This document shows positions 1 through 10,135 of a stretch of DNA of 64,000 bases, piece after piece; position 1 is the first letter of the stretch; each line of letters begins with the position of its first letter. A program made the translations under genes and the position numbers. Under the pieces are notes generated by a model that saw nothing but the letters and a program-made list of their open reading frames with translations, was not told where the DNA came from and ran no database searches. Source of the DNA: a virus (Duplodnaviria; Heunggongvirae; Uroviricota; Caudoviricetes); the IMG/VR virus record IMGVR_UViG_3300027808_000015. One strand, written 5' to 3'.

Positions 1-135
1 AGCTTGTTCAAGTATACTACCAGCAGGCAACGGCTCTACTATCCAAGTACAGTTTTTATTTTGGTTATAGAAATCTAATGCTTGTTGTTCTATCATAACT
101 GTACTTATCCTATAAACTACTACTATAAATAGTTT

Positions 136-999
136 ATGAAATCAGCGCCCAACGATAAAAGAGCTTTGCCATTTGGTGAGTCTACTGCAATTAACGATGC
201 AGAAGCATTAGCAGTTATTGGGCAAGTTGTATTAGATTTGTCTATAGATAGCACTACTGAGTTTTGTGAACAATATAAAAATTGGATTACTACATCAACT
301 GCTAATACTTTACAAGGATTAGAGCAATTCCCATTTGCGTGTTATAGCAACGGAACAACTGAGGCGTTTGATAAGTTTTATATCAAGAATCGCAACCGGC
401 GTTTTCGTTGCTTTAGAGGTGAGTATGTTTACCATCGACTAGTTTGGAGAAACAGCTGGCCTAACTGGATATGGTTAGATGACGAATGCTTAGATCCAAA
501 CGATGCAGTAGTTATAAGTTTACCATTTTCCGATACTGGGGGCAAACATCATCTGCATGAAGCGTTATTAGAGCAATGCAATGAAAAAGGTATACCGGTA
601 CTTGTTGATTGTGCGTATTTTGGAATATGTAAGGACATAGATTTTAATTTTAATCATCCGTGTATAACAGATATTACATTTAGTTTAAGCAAAGTATTTC
701 CAGTAGCATACGCAAGGATAGGTATGCGTTTAACACGAACTGACGATGATGACGGGTTATTCGTTACAAATAAGATACGATACACTAACAGATTTGGGCC
801 GCAATTAGGGTTAGCATTACTTTCTAAGTTTGGGCCCGACTACATTTTTAAAAAATATAGACCGCGGCAAATAGAGTTATGTTTAGAACATAAAGTAACT
901 CCAAGTAATTCTGTATTGTTTGGCATTGGTGATACAAAATGGCAAGAGTACAATAGAGGAACATCTACTAATCGGTTAAGTTTTAATAAGATATTATGA
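136..999 (+). CDS. PLP-dependent aminotransferase-like protein (fold type I), short form
   Basis: 287-aa ORF with an in-frame stop just upstream. The motif TFSLSKVFPVAYARIGM resembles the PLP-lysine block of class I/II aminotransferases (SFSKxxGLxGxRxG), and VLVDCAYFG resembles the DEAY block. First gene of a translationally coupled + strand run. Confidence 0.35.
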   Translation: MKSAPNDKRALPFGESTAINDAEALAVIGQVVLDLSIDSTTEFCEQYKNWITTSTANTLQGLEQFPFACYSNGTTEAFDKFYIKNRNRRFRCFRGEYVYHRLVWRNSWPNWIWLDDECLDPNDAVVISLPFSDTGGKHHLHEALLEQCNEKGIPVLVDCAYFGICKDIDFNFNHPCITDITFSLSKVFPVAYARIGMRLTRTDDDDGLFVTNKIRYTNRFGPQLGLALLSKFGPDYIFKKYRPRQIELCLEHKVTPSNSVLFGIGDTKWQEYNRGTSTNRLSFNKIL

Positions 1000-2063
1000 A
1001 AGGTAAAATAGTAAATTTTGAAATCTTACACGTCAGTGAAGACGAGCGTCGAGAACGTATTATAACCCAATTACAGTCTGCACACGAGCAAGGCTTTGAT
1101 TGTGTGTACGGATTGTTATTAATGGATGGTTTCTTATATAGGAATCCTGAAACATTTCACGTTGATATACCAGTTAAACTAATAGCAGGTATGTGCGAGC
1201 ATGACGATCACTTGTATCTTAACTACTATCATAGAATAGTTTATAACAGTTTTAAAAACACGATACTACCAGCATGGAATAATAAATCTAAATCCTTTTT
1301 ATTTTTAGGGGGTGTTCCTAGCAGAACGAATCGAATTAACTTACTAAGTAAATTTTATGATGCGCAACTGTTAAACACAGCAGTATGGACATTTTTTCCA
1401 CCCTGGACTGATAGTGATAAAGAATGGTGTCGTAACGCAATTCCTCATTACACAGACGAGCAATATTTAAAATTTTTAGATGCGTGTGATGTAAGGATAG
1501 ATGAACGATATGAACAGTCAAAAAACTATTCACGAATAACAAGAGATGACTGGGATGAGCAGGATACCTATAGCCAACCTTGGGTAAAAGACTTAGCATG
1601 GATTAATCCGCAAGTATTTGCTGATACATTGCTTAGTATTATAAGTGAAGGTAATGCATACGAGCCTGCTACCAATTATAAATTTTTAACAGAGAAAACT
1701 TGGCGAGCTATTGCCATGCGCCATCCGTTTATATTTGCTGGGTATCCCGAACAGTTTGATTATGCTAAGAGCTTAGGGCTACGTACATTTGAAAAGTATA
1801 TGCTAATTAAAGACTATGCTTATATCACAGATGAAAATCTTCGCCTTGATGCAGTTGTTATTAATACCAAATACTTTTTAGATAATTACAGTCAGCATAA
1901 CGATGCAATACAACAAGATACAGAACACAATTATAATTTGTTTATGACAATGGGTAAAGAACAAGAATTATTTTTTGATGCATTGTCCATAGAAGAATCA
2001 GAACGATCTTATTGGTTTGGACAACCTGGTTTCTCTCACTTAATGAAAATACAAGGCAACTAA
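996..2063 (+). CDS. hypothetical protein
   Basis: 355-aa ORF whose ATG overlaps the upstream stop (ATGA coupling). No motif recognised. Confidence 0.6.
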   Translation: MKGKIVNFEILHVSEDERRERIITQLQSAHEQGFDCVYGLLLMDGFLYRNPETFHVDIPVKLIAGMCEHDDHLYLNYYHRIVYNSFKNTILPAWNNKSKSFLFLGGVPSRTNRINLLSKFYDAQLLNTAVWTFFPPWTDSDKEWCRNAIPHYTDEQYLKFLDACDVRIDERYEQSKNYSRITRDDWDEQDTYSQPWVKDLAWINPQVFADTLLSIISEGNAYEPATNYKFLTEKTWRAIAMRHPFIFAGYPEQFDYAKSLGLRTFEKYMLIKDYAYITDENLRLDAVVINTKYFLDNYSQHNDAIQQDTEHNYNLFMTMGKEQELFFDALSIEESERSYWFGQPGFSHLMKIQGN

Positions 2064-2638
2064 TGTTAAACCATAATAGCTACTGTAATATTAGCGCAAT
2101 TGAAAACATAAGAACAGTTGCTAAGGATACCCTTATAGGTTTAAACTGGAGAGGAATTAAACAAAGGTTAAGCCAAATGCCTAAAGATCCAGACGGCACT
2201 TACATATGGTGGTATTCTAGAAGCGGACAAAATGATAAACTAGTACACGAAGCTAATTCTGCATACCTAGTTGAAGACGTTACTTACGCAGACGGCTCGG
2301 GTCATTTGTCAATTGATGTAACGTTGGATAAGGTTCCTGAATTAAGTAAACTTAAAGAGTTAGCATTAGTAATACCGGGCATGAGTTATGCTGGAGTATT
2401 TTTTATTGGTACCAATTCGTACGTTGAAGATCATACCGACCAAGGTACTTACAATTTTATAATTAATATACAAGTACCAGACGGGGCATCAATGACTATA
2501 GAAGACAAACAATTTCAATTTGCAAATAATCAAATATTCATGTTTGATGGAGACTTAGTGCATTCAGCATCTAATACATCTAACGAAGATTGGATCTTAT
2601 TTGTTTTAAGAATTTCTAAAAGTAAATTTAATATATGA
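2063..2638 (+). CDS. cupin-fold 2OG/Fe(II) dioxygenase-like protein (PhyH-like)
   Basis: The ORF track gives 2012..2638, but the start is more likely the TAATG-overlapping ATG at about 2063. Motifs are VEDHTDQG (HxD) and LVHSASNTSNEDWILFVLR (H-x-x-S-N-x-S...R), matching the PhyH-type iron ligand triad plus a 2OG-binding arginine. Confidence 0.4.
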   Translation: MLNHNSYCNISAIENIRTVAKDTLIGLNWRGIKQRLSQMPKDPDGTYIWWYSRSGQNDKLVHEANSAYLVEDVTYADGSGHLSIDVTLDKVPELSKLKELALVIPGMSYAGVFFIGTNSYVEDHTDQGTYNFIINIQVPDGASMTIEDKQFQFANNQIFMFDGDLVHSASNTSNEDWILFVLRISKSKFNI

Positions 2639-3693
2639 AAATATCATCACACAACCACTGGGATCCATTAGAAGAAATAATTGTAGGCAGAGCAGATAAT
2701 GCCCGTGTTCCTACAGTAGATGCTAGTACTATGAGTATGTGCTACACTAACCACGACATAGAAACAATCAAACCTTTAGCAGGACAGTACCCACAATCAC
2801 TAATCGATGAAGCAAACGAAGATATGGAAGCACTAGTTAACGCATTAGAACAGTGCCATGTTAAAGTTCATCGTCCTGCTGTCCAAGATAATGCTAAAGA
2901 GTTTAGTACACCCGAATGGAAAACTACTGGATGGTATACGTGGTGTCCACGTGACTTGTTACTGCCATTAGACAACTTAATGATTGAAACCCCAAGTCCA
3001 TGCCGTGCTAGATATTTTGAAACTCGTGCTTACCACAACATCATGATAGACGCTGTCAAAGATGGAGTTGAGTGGGTTGCGGCTCCTAAGCCTATCCTTA
3101 CAGATGCCAGCTATAACTTTACAGATCTTAGCAAGCCAAGTTTAACTAATCTTGAGCCAGTGTTTGACGCTCCTAACTGTATACGCTTAGGCAAGGACAT
3201 ATTGTTTCAAATTAGTAACACAGGCAATCATCTAGGATTACAATGGTTACGTAATACACTAGAACGTCGTGGTTATCGTGTACATGCGGCTGAACACATT
3301 TACAGTTTCGCACACATGGACAGTACTATTATTCCATTGCGTCCGGGACTAGTATTGCTTAACAGTACTCGCGTTAATCCAGACAACTGTCCCAAGTTAT
3401 TTGAATCGTGGGATAAGATTTATTTCCAAGACGTTACACCTATTGTTCCACCCTCAAGTGGGCCTGGTAGTATTAGTCCATGCAGTCCGTATATTGGTAT
3501 GAATATCCTAAGCGTTAATCCTAATACAGTATGTGTGGGCAACACACAACTATCGCTAATACGTGAATTAGAAAAACGTAAGTTTACAGTTATACCACTA
3601 CCAATGCGTCATGCGGCTACACTAAGCGGAGGCTTTCACTGTGCTACATTAGACTTACGCCGTACTGGTTCACTAGAGGACTACTTCCAATGA
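2635..3693 (+). CDS. amidinotransferase-family enzyme (arginine:glycine / inosamine-phosphate amidinotransferase-like)
   Basis: 352 aa. The C-terminal motif GGFHCATLDLRR matches the catalytic-cysteine signature GG(F)HCxT near the C-terminus of AGAT/StrB1-type amidinotransferases. Start overlaps the upstream stop. Confidence 0.6.
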   Translation: MKISSHNHWDPLEEIIVGRADNARVPTVDASTMSMCYTNHDIETIKPLAGQYPQSLIDEANEDMEALVNALEQCHVKVHRPAVQDNAKEFSTPEWKTTGWYTWCPRDLLLPLDNLMIETPSPCRARYFETRAYHNIMIDAVKDGVEWVAAPKPILTDASYNFTDLSKPSLTNLEPVFDAPNCIRLGKDILFQISNTGNHLGLQWLRNTLERRGYRVHAAEHIYSFAHMDSTIIPLRPGLVLLNSTRVNPDNCPKLFESWDKIYFQDVTPIVPPSSGPGSISPCSPYIGMNILSVNPNTVCVGNTQLSLIRELEKRKFTVIPLPMRHAATLSGGFHCATLDLRRTGSLEDYFQ

Positions 3694-4175
3694 AAGGCAA
3701 AGCCAACAAAATATTTCCCTTCTGGCAGGACGATTTAAAATCATATGTTGCTCTACATGAAACTCCTATAGCACCACATGCTGTTCCGCATCCTAACTAT
3801 GCTGAACCTCCTATAATGCTTAAACAATCATTTAACGAACAACTGCCGTCATGCTGGCCGCAATTCTATCAATCATTGTATGTTGAAGAAGGCAGTGTAT
3901 GTTGGTTAACGCTTGAACCACGTGAAGTAGTTCCAATCCACCGTGATTATTTTTACATGCTCAAGACCAAAAAGAATGTAGCTGTAGAACAATGTGTGCG
4001 TTACCTAGTTATGTTGGAAGATTGGAAACCTGGACACATAGTACAATTAGATGACTGGGCATTAACTGAATGGAAGGCCGGGGATACTTGGTACTTTGAT
4101 ACTGAAGTTGTACACTATGCGGCTAACTGCGGTACAGAAAATTTCTATACGTGTCAGGTTAGCACAGTAAAATGA
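3690..4175 (+). CDS. small PhyH-like 2OG/Fe(II) dioxygenase paralog
   Basis: 161 aa. HRD (HxD) in PIHRDYF and a C-terminal GDTWYFDTEVVHYAANCG (H-x-A-x-N-x-G). Paralogous to the ORFs at 6008, 12083, 12589 and 13806. Confidence 0.45.
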   Translation: MKGKANKIFPFWQDDLKSYVALHETPIAPHAVPHPNYAEPPIMLKQSFNEQLPSCWPQFYQSLYVEEGSVCWLTLEPREVVPIHRDYFYMLKTKKNVAVEQCVRYLVMLEDWKPGHIVQLDDWALTEWKAGDTWYFDTEVVHYAANCGTENFYTCQVSTVK

Positions 4176-5302
4176 ATGTATTAGAATTTAATCCTGGTTG
4201 GAAAACTGACATAGCATTTTGCTTCGTGGACAACACACGGACTTACCAAAGCAATATTCGAGAGTTTATGAAAAACCAAGCTGACGGCACATTAGCTAAC
4301 ATATATAACAAAGGGTGGACTGTTTATCAGTGGATTGATGAGGATGTACTATTACAACATGCTTGTAATAAAGGCCATAAATGGGCAGTAGTGTTCAGCA
4401 CAGGCGCAGAGTTTATTAATGGTACTAAATTTTTTGACGCAATCCTTGCAATGATTAAAAATGATTTCTTTGTTGCAGGACATATTTTAGACAGAGCGGA
4501 TGCATACTATGAGTTACATCATCAATGTTATGTTATCAACTTAGAGAAATATAAAGAATTAGGTTGTCCAGAAATTGGCAAACAAGAATTTGGCAGTAAA
4601 CACATACAGAATATTCCGTTACGTAGTAAGGACAATATACACGATGATTATACTCCACTAACTATAGGATATGGTGACTATACTAGAGATGAATATCAAC
4701 ATAAGTGTCATGGTTGGAATATTCTAAGCGTAGCGTTTAATAATAAAGAAACAGTTTTAGTGTTTGATAGTAACATCCGCAATAATAAAAGACATTTTTA
4801 TCCAGAAAGCCCTAAAGACTTTTATAAGAATTTAAGTTGGGCGTATCACAGATTAAACTTTTGTCACGATACGTTTGTTCACACTAGTAATACAGAAACA
4901 GTACACTTACCACTGAAGAAATATAAGCAAATTGTAACTCCTGCTAGCGGCTTTTGGTTTGCAGACTATTTGGCAACTGACGCTACCGTGATTATGTATG
5001 ATTATAATCAAGCATCATTAAACTACTGGAAGGAAAAGTTTCCAGAATACAAATTTATATTGTGTGATTTGCTTGGAGAAGGTAGTTTAGTAGATTATAT
5101 AGATACTAGCATTTCAGATACTTTAATAAACTTATCAAATATTTTTAACTATGAAGGAACTGTATTCTTTTATAGTTGGTCGTATAGAAAATACAAAGAA
5201 ACAGAATTGTTAGATAAAATACAAACAGCTATACCTAATGCAGAAGTATATTCTAGCCTTAAGGTTGAATTGTTTGATACTGTTCCCACATGGCATCTTT
5301 AA
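4172..5302 (+). CDS. hypothetical protein
   Basis: 376-aa ORF, ATGA-coupled to the upstream gene. No motif recognised. Confidence 0.6.
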   Translation: MNVLEFNPGWKTDIAFCFVDNTRTYQSNIREFMKNQADGTLANIYNKGWTVYQWIDEDVLLQHACNKGHKWAVVFSTGAEFINGTKFFDAILAMIKNDFFVAGHILDRADAYYELHHQCYVINLEKYKELGCPEIGKQEFGSKHIQNIPLRSKDNIHDDYTPLTIGYGDYTRDEYQHKCHGWNILSVAFNNKETVLVFDSNIRNNKRHFYPESPKDFYKNLSWAYHRLNFCHDTFVHTSNTETVHLPLKKYKQIVTPASGFWFADYLATDATVIMYDYNQASLNYWKEKFPEYKFILCDLLGEGSLVDYIDTSISDTLINLSNIFNYEGTVFFYSWSYRKYKETELLDKIQTAIPNAEVYSSLKVELFDTVPTWHL

Positions 5303-6011
5303 CTATTAGTTGACCATTTGAGTGATTATCAATTGCTTCAATAACAATGTCAGCAATTAGTTTATTATTTAATGTACTACCTAAATGATTTGCTGCCATG
5401 CCGTCATCAAGGGTAGCTCTACCAATTGAACTAAAGCATTTTAGGCTTGGCCTAACTTCTGTTCCAGTTTGCCATCTGTGTAAGTAATTTATGTTATCAG
5501 GATAGTACGGATTGTCTTGTTCCCAAACAGTAGGAAGTCCAAAACTCCATAGATGAATAATCTTAGTTTTATGTTGTATAGAGGCTAGCACCTCTCTATC
5601 ATAATAGTAAAAAGAAGCAACAGATTCTTGTTTTGCTTTTTCATGATCGTACAAATGTGTAAAATATTCTTTCCCTGCTCTAATAGTCTTGTAATTCAAT
5701 AAGTGAGAATAGTGAGTATCCTTCCACTTGTGAGGCGCTAGAGTCCACGACCCAATATTTCTTACTGTAGGATGATACACTCGGCTAAAGTCAGTCCAAC
5801 AAAATACACATACATCTGGTAAATTATTTTCGTATGGGCGGAACTGTTTAAGCATGACATCCCAATAGCTACTGCCACCAACTCCTAAGTTTACAATGTC
5901 TGCATTGTAATGATCTTTAATGCGTTTTAAAAAGGTATCATACTTGTAATACCAACTATGGGGATTGCTTATTTCGTGAACAAAACTATCTCCAAAAAAT
6001 CCTATCTTCAT
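5259..6011 (-). CDS. GDSL/SGNH-like hydrolase (putative)
   Basis: 250 aa. N-terminal MKIGFFGDSFV (GDSx block I) and a glycine block LGVGGSSYWD. Paralog of the ORF at 22340..23098 (MGVGGSSMMF). Confidence 0.35.
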   Translation of the reverse strand: MKIGFFGDSFVHEISNPHSWYYKYDTFLKRIKDHYNADIVNLGVGGSSYWDVMLKQFRPYENNLPDVCVFCWTDFSRVYHPTVRNIGSWTLAPHKWKDTHYSHLLNYKTIRAGKEYFTHLYDHEKAKQESVASFYYYDREVLASIQHKTKIIHLWSFGLPTVWEQDNPYYPDNINYLHRWQTGTEVRPSLKCFSSIGRATLDDGMAANHLGSTLNNKLIADIVIEAIDNHSNGQLIVKDAMWEQYQTIQP

Positions 6012-6502
6012 AAGTACTCCGTAACTAACAGCATGATGCGTGGAGTATGGCCTATGTTGGCGGCGCCGTGTATGTCAGTTTCATTTTCGAACTGGTAAAC
6101 ATCTCCTGCCTTGTAGCCAGTAATCATTTCGTCTTTGTATACGAATACATGGCCAGCACAATAGTCTTGTAACGGCATCCAGTAACGCTTACAAGGTTTA
6201 TCATGTGCGTGTGGATCTGTATGCATGGGCATATACTGTCCCGGCAACAGTTTAGTAAACCACCAATGTACATTGCCTGTTGTCCATGTGGGAGTAATAG
6301 ACAAGTTTAAATCTTGTTCTTCGTACACCCACCAGTTAACAGCATTTAAATCATACCCTGCCATTTCGTATCTACTATATTCAGCAGACTCTACAGCAGT
6401 AGATGCAGGCCAATCACGCGGCCGCGCTTGCCCGTTAGTTGTTAGAATTTTATGTTCCCATAATGGATTAATCCAGGAACTATAATTTCCGCAACTGATC
6501 AT
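6008..6502 (-). CDS. small PhyH-like 2OG/Fe(II) dioxygenase paralog
   Basis: 164 aa. MPMHTDPH (HxD) and GDVYQFENETDIHGAANIGHTPR (H-x-A-x-N-x-G-x-x-P-R). Confidence 0.45.
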   Translation of the reverse strand: MISCGNYSSWINPLWEHKILTTNGQARPRDWPASTAVESAEYSRYEMAGYDLNAVNWWVYEEQDLNLSITPTWTTGNVHWWFTKLLPGQYMPMHTDPHAHDKPCKRYWMPLQDYCAGHVFVYKDEMITGYKAGDVYQFENETDIHGAANIGHTPRIMLLVTEYL

Positions 6503-7095
6503 TCAACTTGTGGTCCGTTGGACATAAAGAATGCCGCAATCCATTTGTTACCCTTAGTTAAAGGCAACGATTCGTGAATTGTAGACATGTTAGTTTCTTC
6601 GTCGGGGTAGTCATATTCAAAATACATCATGCCGCCTTTCTTAGGTTCAACAGTAACTCCTAACTCTGGCCATGTACAACGCCCACCTTCGTAGTCATCG
6701 TTAAACCAAAATATAGCAGTTGCTTTTCTATCCCCACCTTTACTATAGTAAGGCACAACCGTAATATTATAAGGAAAGTCGTGGTGCAGACCAAAGTACT
6801 GTCCTTCTTCGTATCTGTAAATGTCGCCGGCCTCAACATGACTTTCGGGTATGCTAACCGCTTTTGCTAACAAACTTTTAAAATATGCACGGTCTGCCGG
6901 ATCTGTTGATTGGCTAATAGCACGTTGCTCTACTTCTTCTGTAATTTGTCCGTATGTTTGTTCTCGACTTTCTATGCCAGCATTAGGATTCATTGCACTT
7001 GTATACTTGGCAATCATAGCATCACATACATCAAGTGGTATTACATTTTCAAATACACTAATGCGTGGAAAGTTTAATATGATTGTTTCTTTCAT
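6499..7095 (-). CDS. prolyl-4-hydroxylase-like 2OG/Fe(II) oxygenase
   Basis: 198 aa. YEEGQYFGLHHDF (Y..G.....HxD) and C-terminal STIHESLPLTKGNKWIAAFFM (H...G.KW..), matching the P4H-type 2OG-FeII_Oxy pattern. Confidence 0.5.
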   Translation of the reverse strand: MKETIILNFPRISVFENVIPLDVCDAMIAKYTSAMNPNAGIESREQTYGQITEEVEQRAISQSTDPADRAYFKSLLAKAVSIPESHVEAGDIYRYEEGQYFGLHHDFPYNITVVPYYSKGGDRKATAIFWFNDDYEGGRCTWPELGVTVEPKKGGMMYFEYDYPDEETNMSTIHESLPLTKGNKWIAAFFMSNGPQVE

Positions 7096-7910
7096 TAATA
7101 ATGTTCCAGTTTGTTTATACCTAGTTTAGCACGAAATTCGTCTGTGAACTTACAGTCCACACGTAACGCATACTCTTGTTCATCACTGCTATCACCGCCA
7201 TGCCAGTCTTCATCATTCCAGAAACCGGCATTACTGTTAATATAATATTTGTTTTCTGTTTCTGGATCCCAAACGTAAAACCCACGCTTTGTTCTAAAAC
7301 GTATGTGTATAAATTCGTTTCGATGATCAGTGTAGGAGTTCTTTTCTAACACTCCGTTGTTAGCATCTAAATCTCTATGTTCAAATGCTAGTCCGTTATG
7401 ATCACAGTGAAAAAATATAACACGACCAATTTGGCTAATGATATTTTGTTCTACTAGGTTGTTTACCCATGCTACTACTCCGGGAAAGTGTTGGCTTTCT
7501 TCTGTAGGCTTACGTTCAGCAGTACGATCATTCCAGTCACCTTGTTCCCAAAGAAAGTAGTAAATGTAAGGATCACTGGCACCCATGGCCATTTTTAAAT
7601 AGCGAGTAAATGTATTACGATTTTTAAAGTTGCTCAGGTCTGTAAAGTACATAGGGTCGCCTGCAACACGTATAGGATCAGTCTCAGGTAATGCCAAGTA
7701 TTCTTCTACAGCCTTGTAAATTGGTTTCCAGTTAACTATGTAACTAGCATCTTTCCAATCAAAGCCAGGTTTCATCCAAGTGCCTTCTTTGGCATAATCT
7801 CTTGCCAAAGCAAAGCCCTTACATATTTCCGGGTGTAAGTTTTTAAACCCATCTATATCTAAAAATGGGTCTAAGTTTATATAAGGTTGTCCACCAATAC
7901 CGCGTATCAT
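7095..7910 (-). CDS. hypothetical protein
   Basis: 271-aa ORF, last gene of a leftward operon. A divergent 27-nt gap separates it from the rightward gene at 7938. Confidence 0.55.
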   Translation of the reverse strand: MIRGIGGQPYINLDPFLDIDGFKNLHPEICKGFALARDYAKEGTWMKPGFDWKDASYIVNWKPIYKAVEEYLALPETDPIRVAGDPMYFTDLSNFKNRNTFTRYLKMAMGASDPYIYYFLWEQGDWNDRTAERKPTEESQHFPGVVAWVNNLVEQNIISQIGRVIFFHCDHNGLAFEHRDLDANNGVLEKNSYTDHRNEFIHIRFRTKRGFYVWDPETENKYYINSNAGFWNDEDWHGGDSSDEQEYALRVDCKFTDEFRAKLGINKLEHY

Positions 7911-7937
7911 GCTAGTACTTAGCTGATAAGTACGTAC

Positions 7938-8633
7938 ATGCAGACAGAATTCGACTACTATTACAACAACGTTCCCGGCAAGGGGCTGTGTCGTAATAAC
8001 CTAATTTATACCAGTTTGATAAACAAATCCAAAACTATATTTTGTCAACATTATGTTAATGATACTGATTATCACAAGGGACAGAATCAAGTAGTTGATT
8101 CATTGTTGATGGAAGAAAAGTGGTTACGTGAAATTAATTATATAACGCAAATGCGTAACAACTATCCGGCACTTGTTCCCACAATAACTAATATTGACTT
8201 AACTCAACGTAAAATGTATTTTGAAATACAAGGTGTAGATTTTTGGCAACAAACACTCGATAACAACTGTACCTATGACGACATACTGCCCAACTGGCAA
8301 GAACAAATGCTAGGTATATTTAAAGCACACAAGTCACTGGGCATATACAAATACAGTTTACATCCTAGTAGTTATTTCATAGTGGATGGACAACTTAAAA
8401 GTATTAATTACTTTTTTTGTTATAATAGCACAAGTTCTCCAATTAGCCTGCGTAGTGTAATGAGTCATATTAGTGAAGATAGACAAGCAGACTTATTTCC
8501 TAAAATGCTTGCTCTAGGCATTGATGTAGATGCTCCCACTCCACATGATCAAATACAACAGTTAGCATTTGAAAGTTTTAAAACAAACTTTCCTTCTGAC
8601 TTTATAGACAGGGCCAAGCACATATATGAATAA
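7938..8633 (+). CDS. hypothetical protein
   Basis: 231-aa ORF with no recognised motif. Confidence 0.55.
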   Translation: MQTEFDYYYNNVPGKGLCRNNLIYTSLINKSKTIFCQHYVNDTDYHKGQNQVVDSLLMEEKWLREINYITQMRNNYPALVPTITNIDLTQRKMYFEIQGVDFWQQTLDNNCTYDDILPNWQEQMLGIFKAHKSLGIYKYSLHPSSYFIVDGQLKSINYFFCYNSTSSPISLRSVMSHISEDRQADLFPKMLALGIDVDAPTPHDQIQQLAFESFKTNFPSDFIDRAKHIYE

Positions 8634-9600
8634 ACCTTATATTAAAATGTTTGATATTTACTACGGTACTAAATGTAATCTAGCGTGTAGACATTGCGAT
8701 ACTCGTAGCGACATTATTAGAACAACAGAAAACGATCCGCATATTGACACAATTCTTGAAGGTATTACGTTAGCAAAAGAAAAGTTTGATATTGACCTTT
8801 ATAGTTTCATTGGTGGAGAACCACTATACTACTTAGATAAGATTGAAATTATACTTGCACACATACGAAAGATAGATCCAACTGCAAAGATACAAGTGTC
8901 TACAAATGGTGCATTACTATCTAAAAATTTAGATGCTGTTGCATTACTCATGCAACAGTACGAAACTAGTTTGTTTGTATGTAATCACTTTGCGGCATTT
9001 GATGAGAAAATGACTGCTAAGATAACTGCTAGTGTAAACACATTAGTCAATATGCTACAGCTGACTAACGGTGATGCTAACACGTTCTTAACAAAACTGT
9101 TAAGATTAGACAATCCTAGAAATGATCCGTATCTTAATACTTGGATTGAGGAGCAAGGGGAATATTTCTTAGGTGAACAGCCAGTTGATCAGTACTTCCA
9201 CAATGATAAAATCTTTTTACATTTTAGACCTCAAACTGAATTTAAGATGCATCACTACATGAAGAACGGAAAACCTAAACCTTTTATGACTGGCAACTCT
9301 GCGCTATCATATAAAGACGGATGTAGCAGTCCAATGTGTAGTTTTATGATAGACAAGAAATTGTACAAGTGTTCTGCACTAGGCACATTGGAACGTTTCT
9401 TAGAATACCACGGAAGCCAAGACGATCCAGATTGGCAGAAATATCGCAACTACAAATATTTAGATTTGGAAACGTGTACAGACGAAGAAGTTATGAACTT
9501 CCATGCTACTAAGTACTGCTCTATTTCAGAGTGTGATATGTGCGGCACTAGTCACTTTAACAGAACTCGAGAAGACGTGATACATGTACACCGTCGTTAA
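8626..9600 (+). CDS. radical SAM enzyme with C-terminal auxiliary Cys clusters (SPASM/twitch-like)
   Basis: 324 aa. YGTKCNLACRHCDTR (CxxxCxxC) plus C-terminal cysteine-rich segments CSSPMCSFMIDKKLYKCS and CSISECDMCGTSH. Confidence 0.7.
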   Translation: MNKPYIKMFDIYYGTKCNLACRHCDTRSDIIRTTENDPHIDTILEGITLAKEKFDIDLYSFIGGEPLYYLDKIEIILAHIRKIDPTAKIQVSTNGALLSKNLDAVALLMQQYETSLFVCNHFAAFDEKMTAKITASVNTLVNMLQLTNGDANTFLTKLLRLDNPRNDPYLNTWIEEQGEYFLGEQPVDQYFHNDKIFLHFRPQTEFKMHHYMKNGKPKPFMTGNSALSYKDGCSSPMCSFMIDKKLYKCSALGTLERFLEYHGSQDDPDWQKYRNYKYLDLETCTDEEVMNFHATKYCSISECDMCGTSHFNRTREDVIHVHRR

Positions 9601-10135
9601 CTGGACAGAAGGTTTAAACCTAACAGCGTTTTACGCTGAAGCAGAACGCCGAGGCTTTTCTAACAATGCTAGCCAGAAGGCAATGATAGACTGCTTTCGT
9701 AATGAGCCAACGTGGGCGGCATGGATACTATATCAAGACGATAAGGCTGTCGGTAGTGTTGCCGCACATAGTTTTAATGAAATGGGACCTAATGCGTATC
9801 GTGTACTAGCACGTACTTGTACATTTGGCACTGCTCGTCAGAATGGCGGATTAATAACTCCTAGAAAGTTAATTGCCGAACATCAGAACTTAACAGATCA
9901 GTTCTTACTGCCGGCATGTATTGACTGGGCAAAAGGTGAGTTGTATGCTACCAGTAATGAAAGCACGGTAGCGAGTCAACGACTTGTACACAGACATTAC
10001 TTTCCTACACTTGCTAAGTTGGGTATTGTAGAACGTGTATGCGAAATGAATTATCGTAATACAGATCAAACTGTGTGGCGTATATATCCAGAAAAGTTTC
10101 TTGCTAACTTAGAACGTTATCCTAGATGGTCTTAA
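9584..10135 (+). CDS. hypothetical protein
   Basis: 183-aa ORF overlapping the upstream gene end. Confidence 0.5.
   Translation: MYTVVNWTEGLNLTAFYAEAERRGFSNNASQKAMIDCFRNEPTWAAWILYQDDKAVGSVAAHSFNEMGPNAYRVLARTCTFGTARQNGGLITPRKLIAEHQNLTDQFLLPACIDWAKGELYATSNESTVASQRLVHRHYFPTLAKLGIVERVCEMNYRNTDQTVWRIYPEKFLANLERYPRWS

Noticed and set aside
1336-1599. Short antisense or alternative-frame ORFs nested inside long genes, listed in the track at 1336, 6225, 6851, 9255, 10726, 12459, 14573, 15893, 16541, 17175, 17517, 19634, 20380/20384, 20958, 21255, 21945, 23200, 23725, 24325/24405 and 25247. The track also lists many inside the giant gene, from 52849 to 61813.
   Set aside because: All lie wholly inside much longer, motif-bearing ORFs on the other strand or in another frame. 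They have low-complexity or stop-avoiding composition and no start context, so they are typical six-frame artefacts.
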